DNA of 64,000 nucleotides from a bacterium (lineage in GTDB: Bacteria; Bdellovibrionota_G; JALEGL01). Position numbers and translations under genes: made by a program. Shown piece by piece: positions 20,361 to 28,471 of the stretch (position 1 is the first letter of the stretch; the number at the start of each line of letters is the position of its first letter). The notes under the pieces are model-generated. The model did not search any database. It was not told where the DNA came from and was given only the letters and a program-made list of their open reading frames with translations. The DNA lies in the NCBI GenBank assembly GCA_022763185.1, contig JALEGL010000012.1, forward strand, positions 65,546-129,545, written 5' to 3'.

Positions 20361-20619
20361 GTTGATTAAAGCAAAAGACCTTTAAGTTGATCTAACACCA
20401 TTCTTCACTTGGCTTAGCGTTAACCTTTAGAGTTAAATATATTTTGTGTGCTGTATTGACTTGGCCTCTATTTTATAATCATCAAATAAACCAATCATCA
20501 TCAATGAGACAATGAATATACATAAGCCGAAAAGCTGCACAGTTTTTTTTAAAATAAATTAAATAAAATCAATGGCTTGAGTTGATTTTTTTGGCATTCG
20601 TGTTGCAATATAAATCTGT

Positions 20620-21210
20620 ATGATCAATAAATTAATATATAGATACCGTGTTTTAGGACTTATAGCTTTTAGTATTACACTGTTGGCTATACAAAATTGT
20701 GCTCGTCCACTTACCTATGAAGGGCAGAGCTATTTAACCGATCCAGATGGAGATGGTGTCGATTCAATTTATGATAATTGTCCCAATGTGTATAATCCTG
20801 CGCCACAAATAGATTCAGATGGCAACGGAATAGGGGACGCCTGTGATATAGCGCCAGTAGATCTAGGTACAGCTTTTGCTAATGCAGTCTTGGTTTCTGC
20901 TGATATTGATTCAGGAAGTTGTCAAAGGCGGATTGTTTGGGAAGACTTATCCAACAATGAAAGCAAATTTGAAATTTGGATAAGGTACGAACAGTTTGAG
21001 TGGGATCAAAATGACGAGCCTAGTATGGTAGAATACGAATACGATATCGATAGCATTTATATTAGTGATCCCAGCACTGCTGAGCAAAGAAGCTATATTG
21101 ATGATACACCTCACAGTCAAATGGAAGGTGTTTATTATAAAATAATCACAAGCTATGATGATGGGTCAAAAAAAGAAACCAATTGGCTTTATTCATATGA
21201 TGGATGTTGA
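20620..21210 (+). CDS. Lipoprotein with thrombospondin-type-3 repeat (tandem paralogue)
   Basis: 'IQNCARPLTYEGQSYLTDPDGDGVDSIYDNCPNVYNPAPQIDSDGNGIGDACD'. Collinear with the upstream paralogue, including the shared 'RRIVWEDLS' core. Confidence 0.65.
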   Translation: MINKLIYRYRVLGLIAFSITLLAIQNCARPLTYEGQSYLTDPDGDGVDSIYDNCPNVYNPAPQIDSDGNGIGDACDIAPVDLGTAFANAVLVSADIDSGSCQRRIVWEDLSNNESKFEIWIRYEQFEWDQNDEPSMVEYEYDIDSIYISDPSTAEQRSYIDDTPHSQMEGVYYKIITSYDDGSKKETNWLYSYDGC

Positions 21211-21331
21211 ACCTCGACCTTAGAGTAAATGTGAAAAAACATATAGAATGCCACTTTTATGTTTTTCCTAAGCTAGTTTTTTGGTGGCTTGAGGTCAAAT
21301 AAATAAACTGGCATTCTTTATTTCTTTAATT

Positions 21332-22354
21332 TTAGTCCGCTGATAGGTTTAAAACATAATTGCATAACTCTGCTAAGCGGTTAGAGTAGCCCCACTCATT
21401 GTCATACCAAGCGACAACTCTTATTAAGTTATCCTGACTGTGAGTTAATTCTTGATCAATAATGCTTGACTGTGGTGTTCCTATGATATCTGAAGAAACT
21501 ATTGGATCTTTAGATATGCTCATACAGCTAGGATATTGTTGTGAGTAGTGCTCAAGAGCCTGATTGATTAAATCGTTGGTCACTGGCTTTTCAACAACAG
21601 CATGAAAGTCGACCAATGAGCCATTGGCTACAGGTACACGAATAGCTGCGCCATCAATTTTCCCTTTTAGTTCAGGTAAAACTTGTGCCACAGCGCTGGC
21701 TGCACCCGTGGTTGTGGGGATAATGTTTTGAGCTGCGGCTCGGGCTCTTCGTAAGTCTTTATGCGCAACATCCAGTACATTCTGATCATTGGTATAAGCA
21801 TGAACTGTAGTCATATATGATGTTTGTATAGTAAAGTTTTCATGAATGGCTTTTGCAACATGCGCTAAACAATTGGTTGTACACGAGGCATTGGAGATGA
21901 ATATATCATCATTTTGTAATAGGTGATCATTGATTCCCATAACAATCATTTTATCCCATGTGTCTTTTGGAGGGGCGCTTAAAATAACTTTTTTAGCACC
22001 TGCATCTATGTGAGCTTTTGCAGACTCCCTTGTTCTAAAGATTCCTGTACATTCTAGCACACAGTCTACTTGTAAAGATTTCCATGGTAGTTGAGCAGGG
22101 TTTCGCTCCTCAAGGAGTTGAATGCTTTGACCCTGAGTATGAAGTATATTATCTTTTAATCTAAGGTCTTCTTTGTATGTACCCATGATACTGTCATATT
22201 TCATCAGGTGCAAAAGCGTTTCATTTGGTGCTAAATCGTTAATAGCAACAATTTCTATATCCGGGAACTTCTGTAAAAGAATACGGGTTAACGCTCTACC
22301 AATTCTTCCAAAACCATTGATGGCAACTTTTTTCATAAAACTTGTATAACGCAC
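21332..22354 (-). CDS. gap: Glyceraldehyde-3-phosphate dehydrogenase (type I)
   Basis: 'INGFGRIGR' NAD-binding motif and active site 'ASCTTNCLA'. 340 aa. Confidence 0.93.
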   Translation of the reverse strand: MRYTSFMKKVAINGFGRIGRALTRILLQKFPDIEIVAINDLAPNETLLHLMKYDSIMGTYKEDLRLKDNILHTQGQSIQLLEERNPAQLPWKSLQVDCVLECTGIFRTRESAKAHIDAGAKKVILSAPPKDTWDKMIVMGINDHLLQNDDIFISNASCTTNCLAHVAKAIHENFTIQTSYMTTVHAYTNDQNVLDVAHKDLRRARAAAQNIIPTTTGAASAVAQVLPELKGKIDGAAIRVPVANGSLVDFHAVVEKPVTNDLINQALEHYSQQYPSCMSISKDPIVSSDIIGTPQSSIIDQELTHSQDNLIRVVAWYDNEWGYSNRLAELCNYVLNLSAD

Positions 22355-22394
22355 CTCAGAGCGAAAAGCAAAACTCTATAAAGTAAATGATTAG

Positions 22395-23294
22395 TTGAGT
22401 TTTTATGCTTTGAAGACTATTAAGGGAGAGTCTATGAGGCAGGGTATAAAATTAATACACGATTTGATGAAGCCAAGAATAGCTCTGATGGTGGCATTAA
22501 CCACTGCTTTGGGATATTTTTTGACAGGTCGTGAGTTTTTAACACTTACCATGTTCGTTACAGTTTTGGCTGCGGCGATAGCATCCAGCAGTGCCAGCAT
22601 TTTTAATCAAATTCTTGAAAAAGACACAGATGGTCTTATGGATAGAACGCGTCTTCGCCCTTTGGTACAAAATCAAATCAATATTTACCTTGGTTGGTTT
22701 ATAGCGTTTATTTTAGCAGTCGTTAGCGGAGGATTGTTATGGTTTTTTGTTAATCCTATCAGCATGTGGATAACCTTAAGTACAATCATTCTCTATGCCT
22801 GGGTCTATACGCCACTAAAAAGAAAAACACATTTATCGACATTGATCGGCGCTATACCGGGTGCTTTCCCTCCTGTTATTGGTTGGGTGGCGGCTAATGG
22901 TCAATTAGATACAGGAGCCTTCATTGTTTTTGCTATTTTATTTTTATGGCAAATGCCACATTTTATTGCGATTGCCTGGATTTATGCAGAAGATTATCAA
23001 AAAGCAGGCTTCCCTATTGTAACCAGTCTAGACCCACAAAGAAACTTTACAGCTTTACAAGCGGTTTTGTACGCTGCAGCTTTGGTTCCTGTATCTCTGA
23101 TGACAACTTTGTTTAAGTTGACGGGCAAAATCTACTTTTTTGGTACGCTACTGCTTGGGGCATATTTCTTCTATGAATGCATCATGTTGCATCAGAGGAA
23201 AACAAAACAACAAGCTAAAAAAGTTTTGCTGGCTTCTGTTGTTTATTTGCCAATCTTATTTTTATTGATCATAGTGGATGCCATATTTTCATGA
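22395..23294 (+). CDS. ctaB: Protoheme IX farnesyltransferase (heme O synthase)
   Basis: UbiA family. 'IGAIPGAFPPVIGWVAANGQLDTGAFIVFAILFLWQMPHFIAIA' aligns closely with E. coli CyoE 'GSLSGAAPPVIGY...LWQMPHSYAIA'. Confidence 0.85.
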   Translation: MSFYALKTIKGESMRQGIKLIHDLMKPRIALMVALTTALGYFLTGREFLTLTMFVTVLAAAIASSSASIFNQILEKDTDGLMDRTRLRPLVQNQINIYLGWFIAFILAVVSGGLLWFFVNPISMWITLSTIILYAWVYTPLKRKTHLSTLIGAIPGAFPPVIGWVAANGQLDTGAFIVFAILFLWQMPHFIAIAWIYAEDYQKAGFPIVTSLDPQRNFTALQAVLYAAALVPVSLMTTLFKLTGKIYFFGTLLLGAYFFYECIMLHQRKTKQQAKKVLLASVVYLPILFLLIIVDAIFS

Positions 23295-24199
23295 GTTATA
23301 TAGAGTTAAGTAACATTAGTTTAAATTATAAAGATTTTTTTGCACTTCAAGATATTCATTTATCTTTGAAAGCAGGAGAATATACCTTATTTTTAGGCCC
23401 AAACGGCAGCGGTAAAAGTTCATTGTTTTCAATTATGACCAGTAGTAGACCTGCTTCTATGGGGCAAATAAAGTACCAAGAAGCCTTACTGTCTTCAAAA
23501 AACTTACATGATTATAGAAGCAATATTGGTGTGTGTTTCCAATCTCCAAGTCTAGACCCGCTTTTAACGGTAGAAGAAAACCTGGTTTGTCATGGGCGTT
23601 TATTTAATTTAAACAAACGTACAATGCAAAAAAAAATCAGTGAACTTGTTGATTATTTCCAATTGGAAGCTAAAGTTGATCAGCCCGTTTCAACTTTATC
23701 AGGTGGAATGCAAAGAAAAGTGGAACTGATTAAAGCCTTGTTACCCAATGTTGAATATTTATTCTTAGATGAACCTTCAACAGGTCTTGATCCATCAGCA
23801 AGACGAGATTTGTGGAGTTTTTTAAAAAAAATTAAACAAAAGGGTATTGGTATTTGCATGACCTCACATATTATTGAAGATATAGATGCAGTGGACCAGT
23901 GTTATTTTTTAAAAGATGGAAAAATATTTTTAAATGGTAAACCTATAGATTTAATTAAAAAAATGGGTTCCCAGCTTTTAGATATAAAAACATACAAGCT
24001 CAATGAAACACTACAAGTATTAAAAGAAACCTTTGTAAATGATCAAGTTTATGCGCATGATCAATCAATTTATATTTTAAACCAAAGTCATCAAGCCTTA
24101 CAAAAAATTAATCAAATGAATTTAGCAGATATTCAATCTATATCATTAAGAGCAACGCAATTGATGGATGTGTACCATCATACCTTAAGGGATCAATAA
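23291..24199 (+). CDS. ABC transporter ATP-binding protein
   Basis: Walker A 'GPNGSGKSS', signature 'LSGGMQRKVEL' and Walker B 'LFLDEPSTGLD'. Overlaps the ctaB stop. Confidence 0.88.
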   Translation: MSYIELSNISLNYKDFFALQDIHLSLKAGEYTLFLGPNGSGKSSLFSIMTSSRPASMGQIKYQEALLSSKNLHDYRSNIGVCFQSPSLDPLLTVEENLVCHGRLFNLNKRTMQKKISELVDYFQLEAKVDQPVSTLSGGMQRKVELIKALLPNVEYLFLDEPSTGLDPSARRDLWSFLKKIKQKGIGICMTSHIIEDIDAVDQCYFLKDGKIFLNGKPIDLIKKMGSQLLDIKTYKLNETLQVLKETFVNDQVYAHDQSIYILNQSHQALQKINQMNLADIQSISLRATQLMDVYHHTLRDQ

Positions 24200-24952
24200 A
24201 TGTTGGCACTATTAAATAGAGAATTTATTCGCTTATCCAGACAAAAAGGGCGCTTGTTTGGAGCCTTTTTAACGCCTTTGATGATTTGGCTTTTTTTAGG
24301 TTTGGGCTTTCAAGATTCTTTTGTTTTAAATAGTAATAAGGAGATAAATTACTTTGAGTATTTTTTCCCTGGTATGGTTTTGATGACACTGATGTTCAGC
24401 GCTATATTTTCTATGATATCATTTATTGAAGATAGAAACTCTGGTTTTTTACAAAGCGTTTGGGTGTCACCTGTAAGTGGTCTGAGCATGGTGATGGCCA
24501 AAGTTTTAAGCTGTAGTCTTTTTGCTTTGGGACAAAGTTTAATCCTTTTAGTGTGTGCGTACATTTTTAAATTAAGTTTTGGATTTTCAAATTTTTTACA
24601 GATCAGTTTGATTTTGTTTTTATCCGCGGTGCTCATGAGTAGTATTGGCTTTTTATTGGCATGGTATAGCGAGAGTACGCAAACCTTTCATGTGTGGATG
24701 AATATCGTTTTGATGCCGATGTGGTTATTTTCAGGGGCCTTGTTCAGCTTTGAGTCTGTTCCAACATGGATGAATCTATTGTATAAACTTAATCCATTAA
24801 CATATAGCCTTGCAGCCATGCGTTGGTCAATGAGCAGTGAACAATTAAATATGAATATTCCTAGTTTTGGTCTCTCAAATATCATTGTCACAATATTGAC
24901 AGTGGTCTTTGTTTCTGTAGGTGTTTTTGTTTTAAATCAGAAGCGAAATTAG
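24200..24952 (+). CDS. ABC-2 type transporter permease
   Basis: 250 aa with six predicted TM segments. The start abuts the ATPase stop. Confidence 0.75.
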   Translation: MLALLNREFIRLSRQKGRLFGAFLTPLMIWLFLGLGFQDSFVLNSNKEINYFEYFFPGMVLMTLMFSAIFSMISFIEDRNSGFLQSVWVSPVSGLSMVMAKVLSCSLFALGQSLILLVCAYIFKLSFGFSNFLQISLILFLSAVLMSSIGFLLAWYSESTQTFHVWMNIVLMPMWLFSGALFSFESVPTWMNLLYKLNPLTYSLAAMRWSMSSEQLNMNIPSFGLSNIIVTILTVVFVSVGVFVLNQKRN

Positions 24953-25167
24953 ACAAAGTTATTATTTGTTGCATGATTGAGATCTTAAAAAGAACTTTAA
25001 TCAACAAAAATATTTTTTACACAAAAAGTTTTATTGCCAAGAATTGCTTTTTATGAAGTTCAGCTGCCATAAAATTTTTTCTAACTCAAGTTATAAAAAA
25101 AACTGAATTTTTAAAACATGGATTAATTTTTTCAATTGAGATTTTGTCTTCTTCAGGAGGATGAAAT

Positions 25168-25659
25168 ATGAAAAAAATTTCAAAACAATTAAGTATAGTA
25201 TTGATGTTAACTTTTTTACTGGGGTATTGGAAAGAGGTTCAAGCACAGAAAACATATTATGTTCAACAAGAATTAGAAGAAAAATTTTCTGAAAATTGGA
25301 ACGATATTGAAAGGGTTGTTTTTTCTAAACATAGAGATGATGGCCATTTAGTCATTGCTATGCATGCGATAGGATGTAAAGATTGCAATGGGCAGTCACC
25401 TCAAATCGATATCGATTTTAAAAGAAAGTATAATAAAGATTATCTTTTTGCTTATCAGTTTGATTGTCATCAAGTTATTTTAGAAGATGCAAGAGCAATA
25501 TTTAAAAATTTTAAATCTGATGTTAGAAAGGTAAATTCTTTAGATAAGAATGTTGACTTGGTTGAAAACATACCAATGGAACATCGTTATATTTTTTATC
25601 ATCTTGTTGAAACTGCAGATGAGCTGATAAAAATATGTAGTTATCCACAAGAATTATAA
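25168..25659 (+). CDS. Hypothetical secreted protein
   Basis: Signal peptide 'MKKISKQLSIVLMLTFLLG'. No recognisable domain. Contains 'GCKDCNG'. Confidence 0.45.
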   Translation: MKKISKQLSIVLMLTFLLGYWKEVQAQKTYYVQQELEEKFSENWNDIERVVFSKHRDDGHLVIAMHAIGCKDCNGQSPQIDIDFKRKYNKDYLFAYQFDCHQVILEDARAIFKNFKSDVRKVNSLDKNVDLVENIPMEHRYIFYHLVETADELIKICSYPQEL

Positions 25660-25672
25660 TTAAGTATAAAAA

Positions 25673-25710
25673 ATAAAAAAGGGATATGCAAATATACATA
25701 TCCCTTTTAA
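25673..25710. terminator. Bidirectional rho-independent terminator
   Basis: A-run, then GGGATATG-caaatata-CATATCCC, then T-run. It lies between convergent genes. Confidence 0.7.
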
Positions 25711-25726
25711 CTTAAAGTCAGATCAA

Positions 25727-26134
25727 TTAGTTGTCTAAAGCCCCATCCGTGATCCAAGATAGTAGATTTTGAGAAAGACTGCTAGGCAGTGATGAACCAC
25801 TATGACTGCCACTGTTAGGATAAGTTAAGATGTAGCTGTTAGAGGGTGTAATTAAATCGACTCTTGATGTTGATTGTCCATCAATGTCCCCAGTGATAGA
25901 AGTGTAAACATCAACGCGTAAATTGTTTTCTGCTAAACTACTCCCATGGCAGAGTGTGCAGCCAGCTGATTGAAATTGTGGGACCAAATCACTACTAAAG
26001 CTTATGGATGTATTCACTGGATTGTTGTCTGGAAACTGATCTGGATCTAAATTGGTGATGTCTACTTCACCACATGAAAAAATCATCAAACTTATTGTCA
26101 GAAGAAAAGTTAAAAATAGAAAATTTTTTTGCAT
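25727..26134 (-). CDS. Small lipoprotein with a PSCyt1-like CxxCH motif
   Basis: Signal and lipobox 'LMIFSCGE'. 'SSDLVPQFQSAGCTLCHGSS' resembles the planctomycete cytochrome-C (PSCyt1) signature. Paralogue of 44423..44902. Confidence 0.55.
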   Translation of the reverse strand: MQKNFLFLTFLLTISLMIFSCGEVDITNLDPDQFPDNNPVNTSISFSSDLVPQFQSAGCTLCHGSSLAENNLRVDVYTSITGDIDGQSTSRVDLITPSNSYILTYPNSGSHSGSSLPSSLSQNLLSWITDGALDN

Positions 26135-26151
26135 ATCAGCTTCCTCGTTAC

Positions 26152-26679
26152 TTAGTTGTTGGCGTCCGTATGAATCAAGTCGGCTTTAAAGGTTCCAAAC
26201 ATGGTATCCCCGGTGATAAACGTGATTTCAAAATGACCTTGAAGCGTAGAACCTTCAGTTAAAGAAAAGGATTCAAAGGTAAGGTTCCCACTCTGAACAG
26301 TTGGGAAAGGAGCACGATCTTCTTCTGGTATACCGTTGTTATCAATCAATCTAAATCGAGATAAGGTGCTATTATTTAATAAATTTAAAGACACACCTTC
26401 TTCTATGGCGGGGTCAGTTTCTTGATCGTAATCATACAATAAATTTAAAGCATTTTCTTTTTCATTGGAGTTAGGAATATCTGAAGTATAAACAATGGCG
26501 ATACCCTCATTTTCAATGAATCGTATTTCAACGTCATCAAACTCCAGTGCATGAACATTTTCTATGCTTCCACGTAAGGTATTGACTGGATCCTTAGCGC
26601 AGCCAGAAAAGAAAAGGACAAAAAGTAGCGTTAAAGAGATTGGCTTTAACGCTTTTTTATAGATTAAGAAATTAAACAT
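26152..26679 (-). CDS. Hypothetical lipoprotein
   Basis: Signal and lipobox 'LFFSGCAKDP'. 175 aa. Spacing suggests co-transcription with the vWA gene upstream and the CxxCH gene downstream. Confidence 0.5.
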   Translation of the reverse strand: MFNFLIYKKALKPISLTLLFVLFFSGCAKDPVNTLRGSIENVHALEFDDVEIRFIENEGIAIVYTSDIPNSNEKENALNLLYDYDQETDPAIEEGVSLNLLNNSTLSRFRLIDNNGIPEEDRAPFPTVQSGNLTFESFSLTEGSTLQGHFEITFITGDTMFGTFKADLIHTDANN

Positions 26680-26714
26680 GACATCTCCAGTAAGTTCATA
26701 ACACCAACTCTATT

Positions 26715-28295
26715 TTACTCTGGGTTTTCAATATTGACAAACGGTATTTGTGAAATCTGAATTTCATTACTTACATCGCTTGTAAAAAACTCATCAATAT
26801 TAATGGTTACAACACCTTCAGATAAAATATAATCTTTAGGTTCAGTAGAACTTAACTCTTTTTGAATCATATACACTCTTATTTCATTGGTTCTTGGGAT
26901 ATCGCTTGAAATGGCTTGTGTTTGAGTTAAGGTGATGTTGGTTAAATCAACTTGATAACAGTATAAACCAGCATTGTTAATTTCTGTAAAACTAACGCTA
27001 TTTCTAATCGCAAAGTTATCTCTTAGTACAGCATCATTAAGATTAGGGTTCATCCCGGCTTTTATTTCTTGAATATTGGTCCAACCGTCACCATCGTTAT
27101 CAAAGCTTGCATCATTGATACTAGGATCAGTACCAAACTTTGCTTCGAGGAAGTCAATGATGTTGTCTTCATCCGTGTCGAACAAATCATCTTCACTGAA
27201 TATTTTTTCTTCATGACATTTATCCAATTTGTCTTGATCCAAATCATCGTCAGCATCAGGTCCAGTACAGTGAACCTCTGCAACGGCTGGAATGGATAAG
27301 GTTCTGTATTCAATCATATCTGTTACTTTATCTCCATCGGTATCCGCAACCAGAGGACTCGAGTTAAGAACTGTATTTTCAAATAAGTCAGCGGCAAAGT
27401 CCATATCTGTATCGGGGAGATAAGAAGGGTTGTTGTTACTGGTATTATGAACAGCAGCAGTCATATTAACCACAAACATATCAACCAAGATATAAGGAAT
27501 AACCAATGGTGCTAAGTTGATTCCTTGGTTTAAGAAAGTAATGTCACTGGCTGCAGTAAAGTGTAAGAAAATACCATTACCTTGTTGAGCAACTTGTTGC
27601 ATGAAGTTAAATCCAGGAGAACCAGCACTGCCCAAAAATGCAGCATTCATAACAATATCACCAATACTAAAGTTATTTTCAATATTCATGAAAAGTTGTA
27701 AGGCTTGTAAAGTTTCGGCTTCTTTGGTGACACCATCAACAATTGGTGCACCATCAGCCAATAAAATGGAAGGGAAAAAAGCGTTGGCAGCAGAGCCAAA
27801 CTCTTGTTCAAGAGATAAAATTTCCTGTTCAATTTCATCACGTGCGGTATTGATTGCTTGAGGCATGTTGGTCCAGCCGTTGGCTTCATTCAGTTCGCCC
27901 ACGGCAGAGTTTAGAATACTCAAATCACGCGTAAATCCACCTGTTAATACTTCAGCTCCACTGGCATATTTGACGATCATAATCTCATAGTTAGGTCTAT
28001 CAGGTGTAATGAATTCATTGATCACTTCTTGAGTAGCTAAGCCTCTAAATCCTTGCGGATCTGTTGTAGCCATAGATCCACTGGTATCTACAATCAGAGT
28101 AATTCTTACTGGTGAAGTAATTGAGTTGGGGTTTTGCGTACAGATTTCACCAACCACAGAGACCTTATCTGATTTTTGATTCAGAAATTTCAGATCAGGG
28201 TTTACTCCACAGTTGATGATACTTAAGCTTAAAATAATGCTTAAGGCTGTACGTTTAAGGTTTTTTATTGTTTTTATGTATGTTTGGCGCTTCAT
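26715..28295 (-). CDS. Secreted von Willebrand factor A (vWA) domain protein with thrombospondin-type-3 repeats
   Basis: MIDAS motif 'LIVDTSGSM'. TSP3-like 'DTDGDKVTDMIEY' and 'DNDGDGWTNIQEIKAGMNPN'. Signal peptide. 526 aa. Confidence 0.7.
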   Translation of the reverse strand: MKRQTYIKTIKNLKRTALSIILSLSIINCGVNPDLKFLNQKSDKVSVVGEICTQNPNSITSPVRITLIVDTSGSMATTDPQGFRGLATQEVINEFITPDRPNYEIMIVKYASGAEVLTGGFTRDLSILNSAVGELNEANGWTNMPQAINTARDEIEQEILSLEQEFGSAANAFFPSILLADGAPIVDGVTKEAETLQALQLFMNIENNFSIGDIVMNAAFLGSAGSPGFNFMQQVAQQGNGIFLHFTAASDITFLNQGINLAPLVIPYILVDMFVVNMTAAVHNTSNNNPSYLPDTDMDFAADLFENTVLNSSPLVADTDGDKVTDMIEYRTLSIPAVAEVHCTGPDADDDLDQDKLDKCHEEKIFSEDDLFDTDEDNIIDFLEAKFGTDPSINDASFDNDGDGWTNIQEIKAGMNPNLNDAVLRDNFAIRNSVSFTEINNAGLYCYQVDLTNITLTQTQAISSDIPRTNEIRVYMIQKELSSTEPKDYILSEGVVTINIDEFFTSDVSNEIQISQIPFVNIENPE

Positions 28296-28336
28296 GCTTA
28301 TTAATAAAGCAATTTTTAGGCCAGGTTGTTTTTATC

Positions 28337-28422
28337 TTAAGTTGTTGAATTTATTTAGTTTGTAAGGGGGTTAAACCTTTTGAAGTGCCAATTTAAGTTA
28401 CGACTCTGCAAGTATTTCATAG
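28337..28422 (-). promoter_or_regulatory. Conserved ~86-bp upstream element, copy A (upstream of the vWA operon)
   Basis: Block 1 TTAAGTTGTTGAATTT (28337-28352) and block 2 TTTTGAAGTGCCAATTTAAGTTACGACTCTGCAAGTATTTCATAG (28377-28422). These match copy B with the same 23-24 bp spacing. Confidence 0.55.
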
Positions 28423-28471
28423 TTGAAAAAAAGCAATGAGGTACAACTTAGGATGCTAGACTGATTTTTAA

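Noticed and set aside
20454-20490. TTGACT ... TATAAT promoter-like hexamers upstream of the second TSP3 lipoprotein
   Set aside because: Spacer is only ~13 bp, too short for a sigma-70 promoter.
21235-21270. AT-only 9-bp inverted repeat (AAAAACATA / TATGTTTTT) between convergent TSP3-lipoprotein and gap genes, considered as a terminator
   Set aside because: The stem is entirely A/T with a 14-nt loop, which is thermodynamically weak, so it is not called as a terminator.
28377-28422. Possible sigma-54 promoter inside the conserved upstream element (TGGCAC on the gene strand)
   Set aside because: A TGGCAC is present but the -12 TTGC element at the correct 4-5 bp spacing is absent in both copies.
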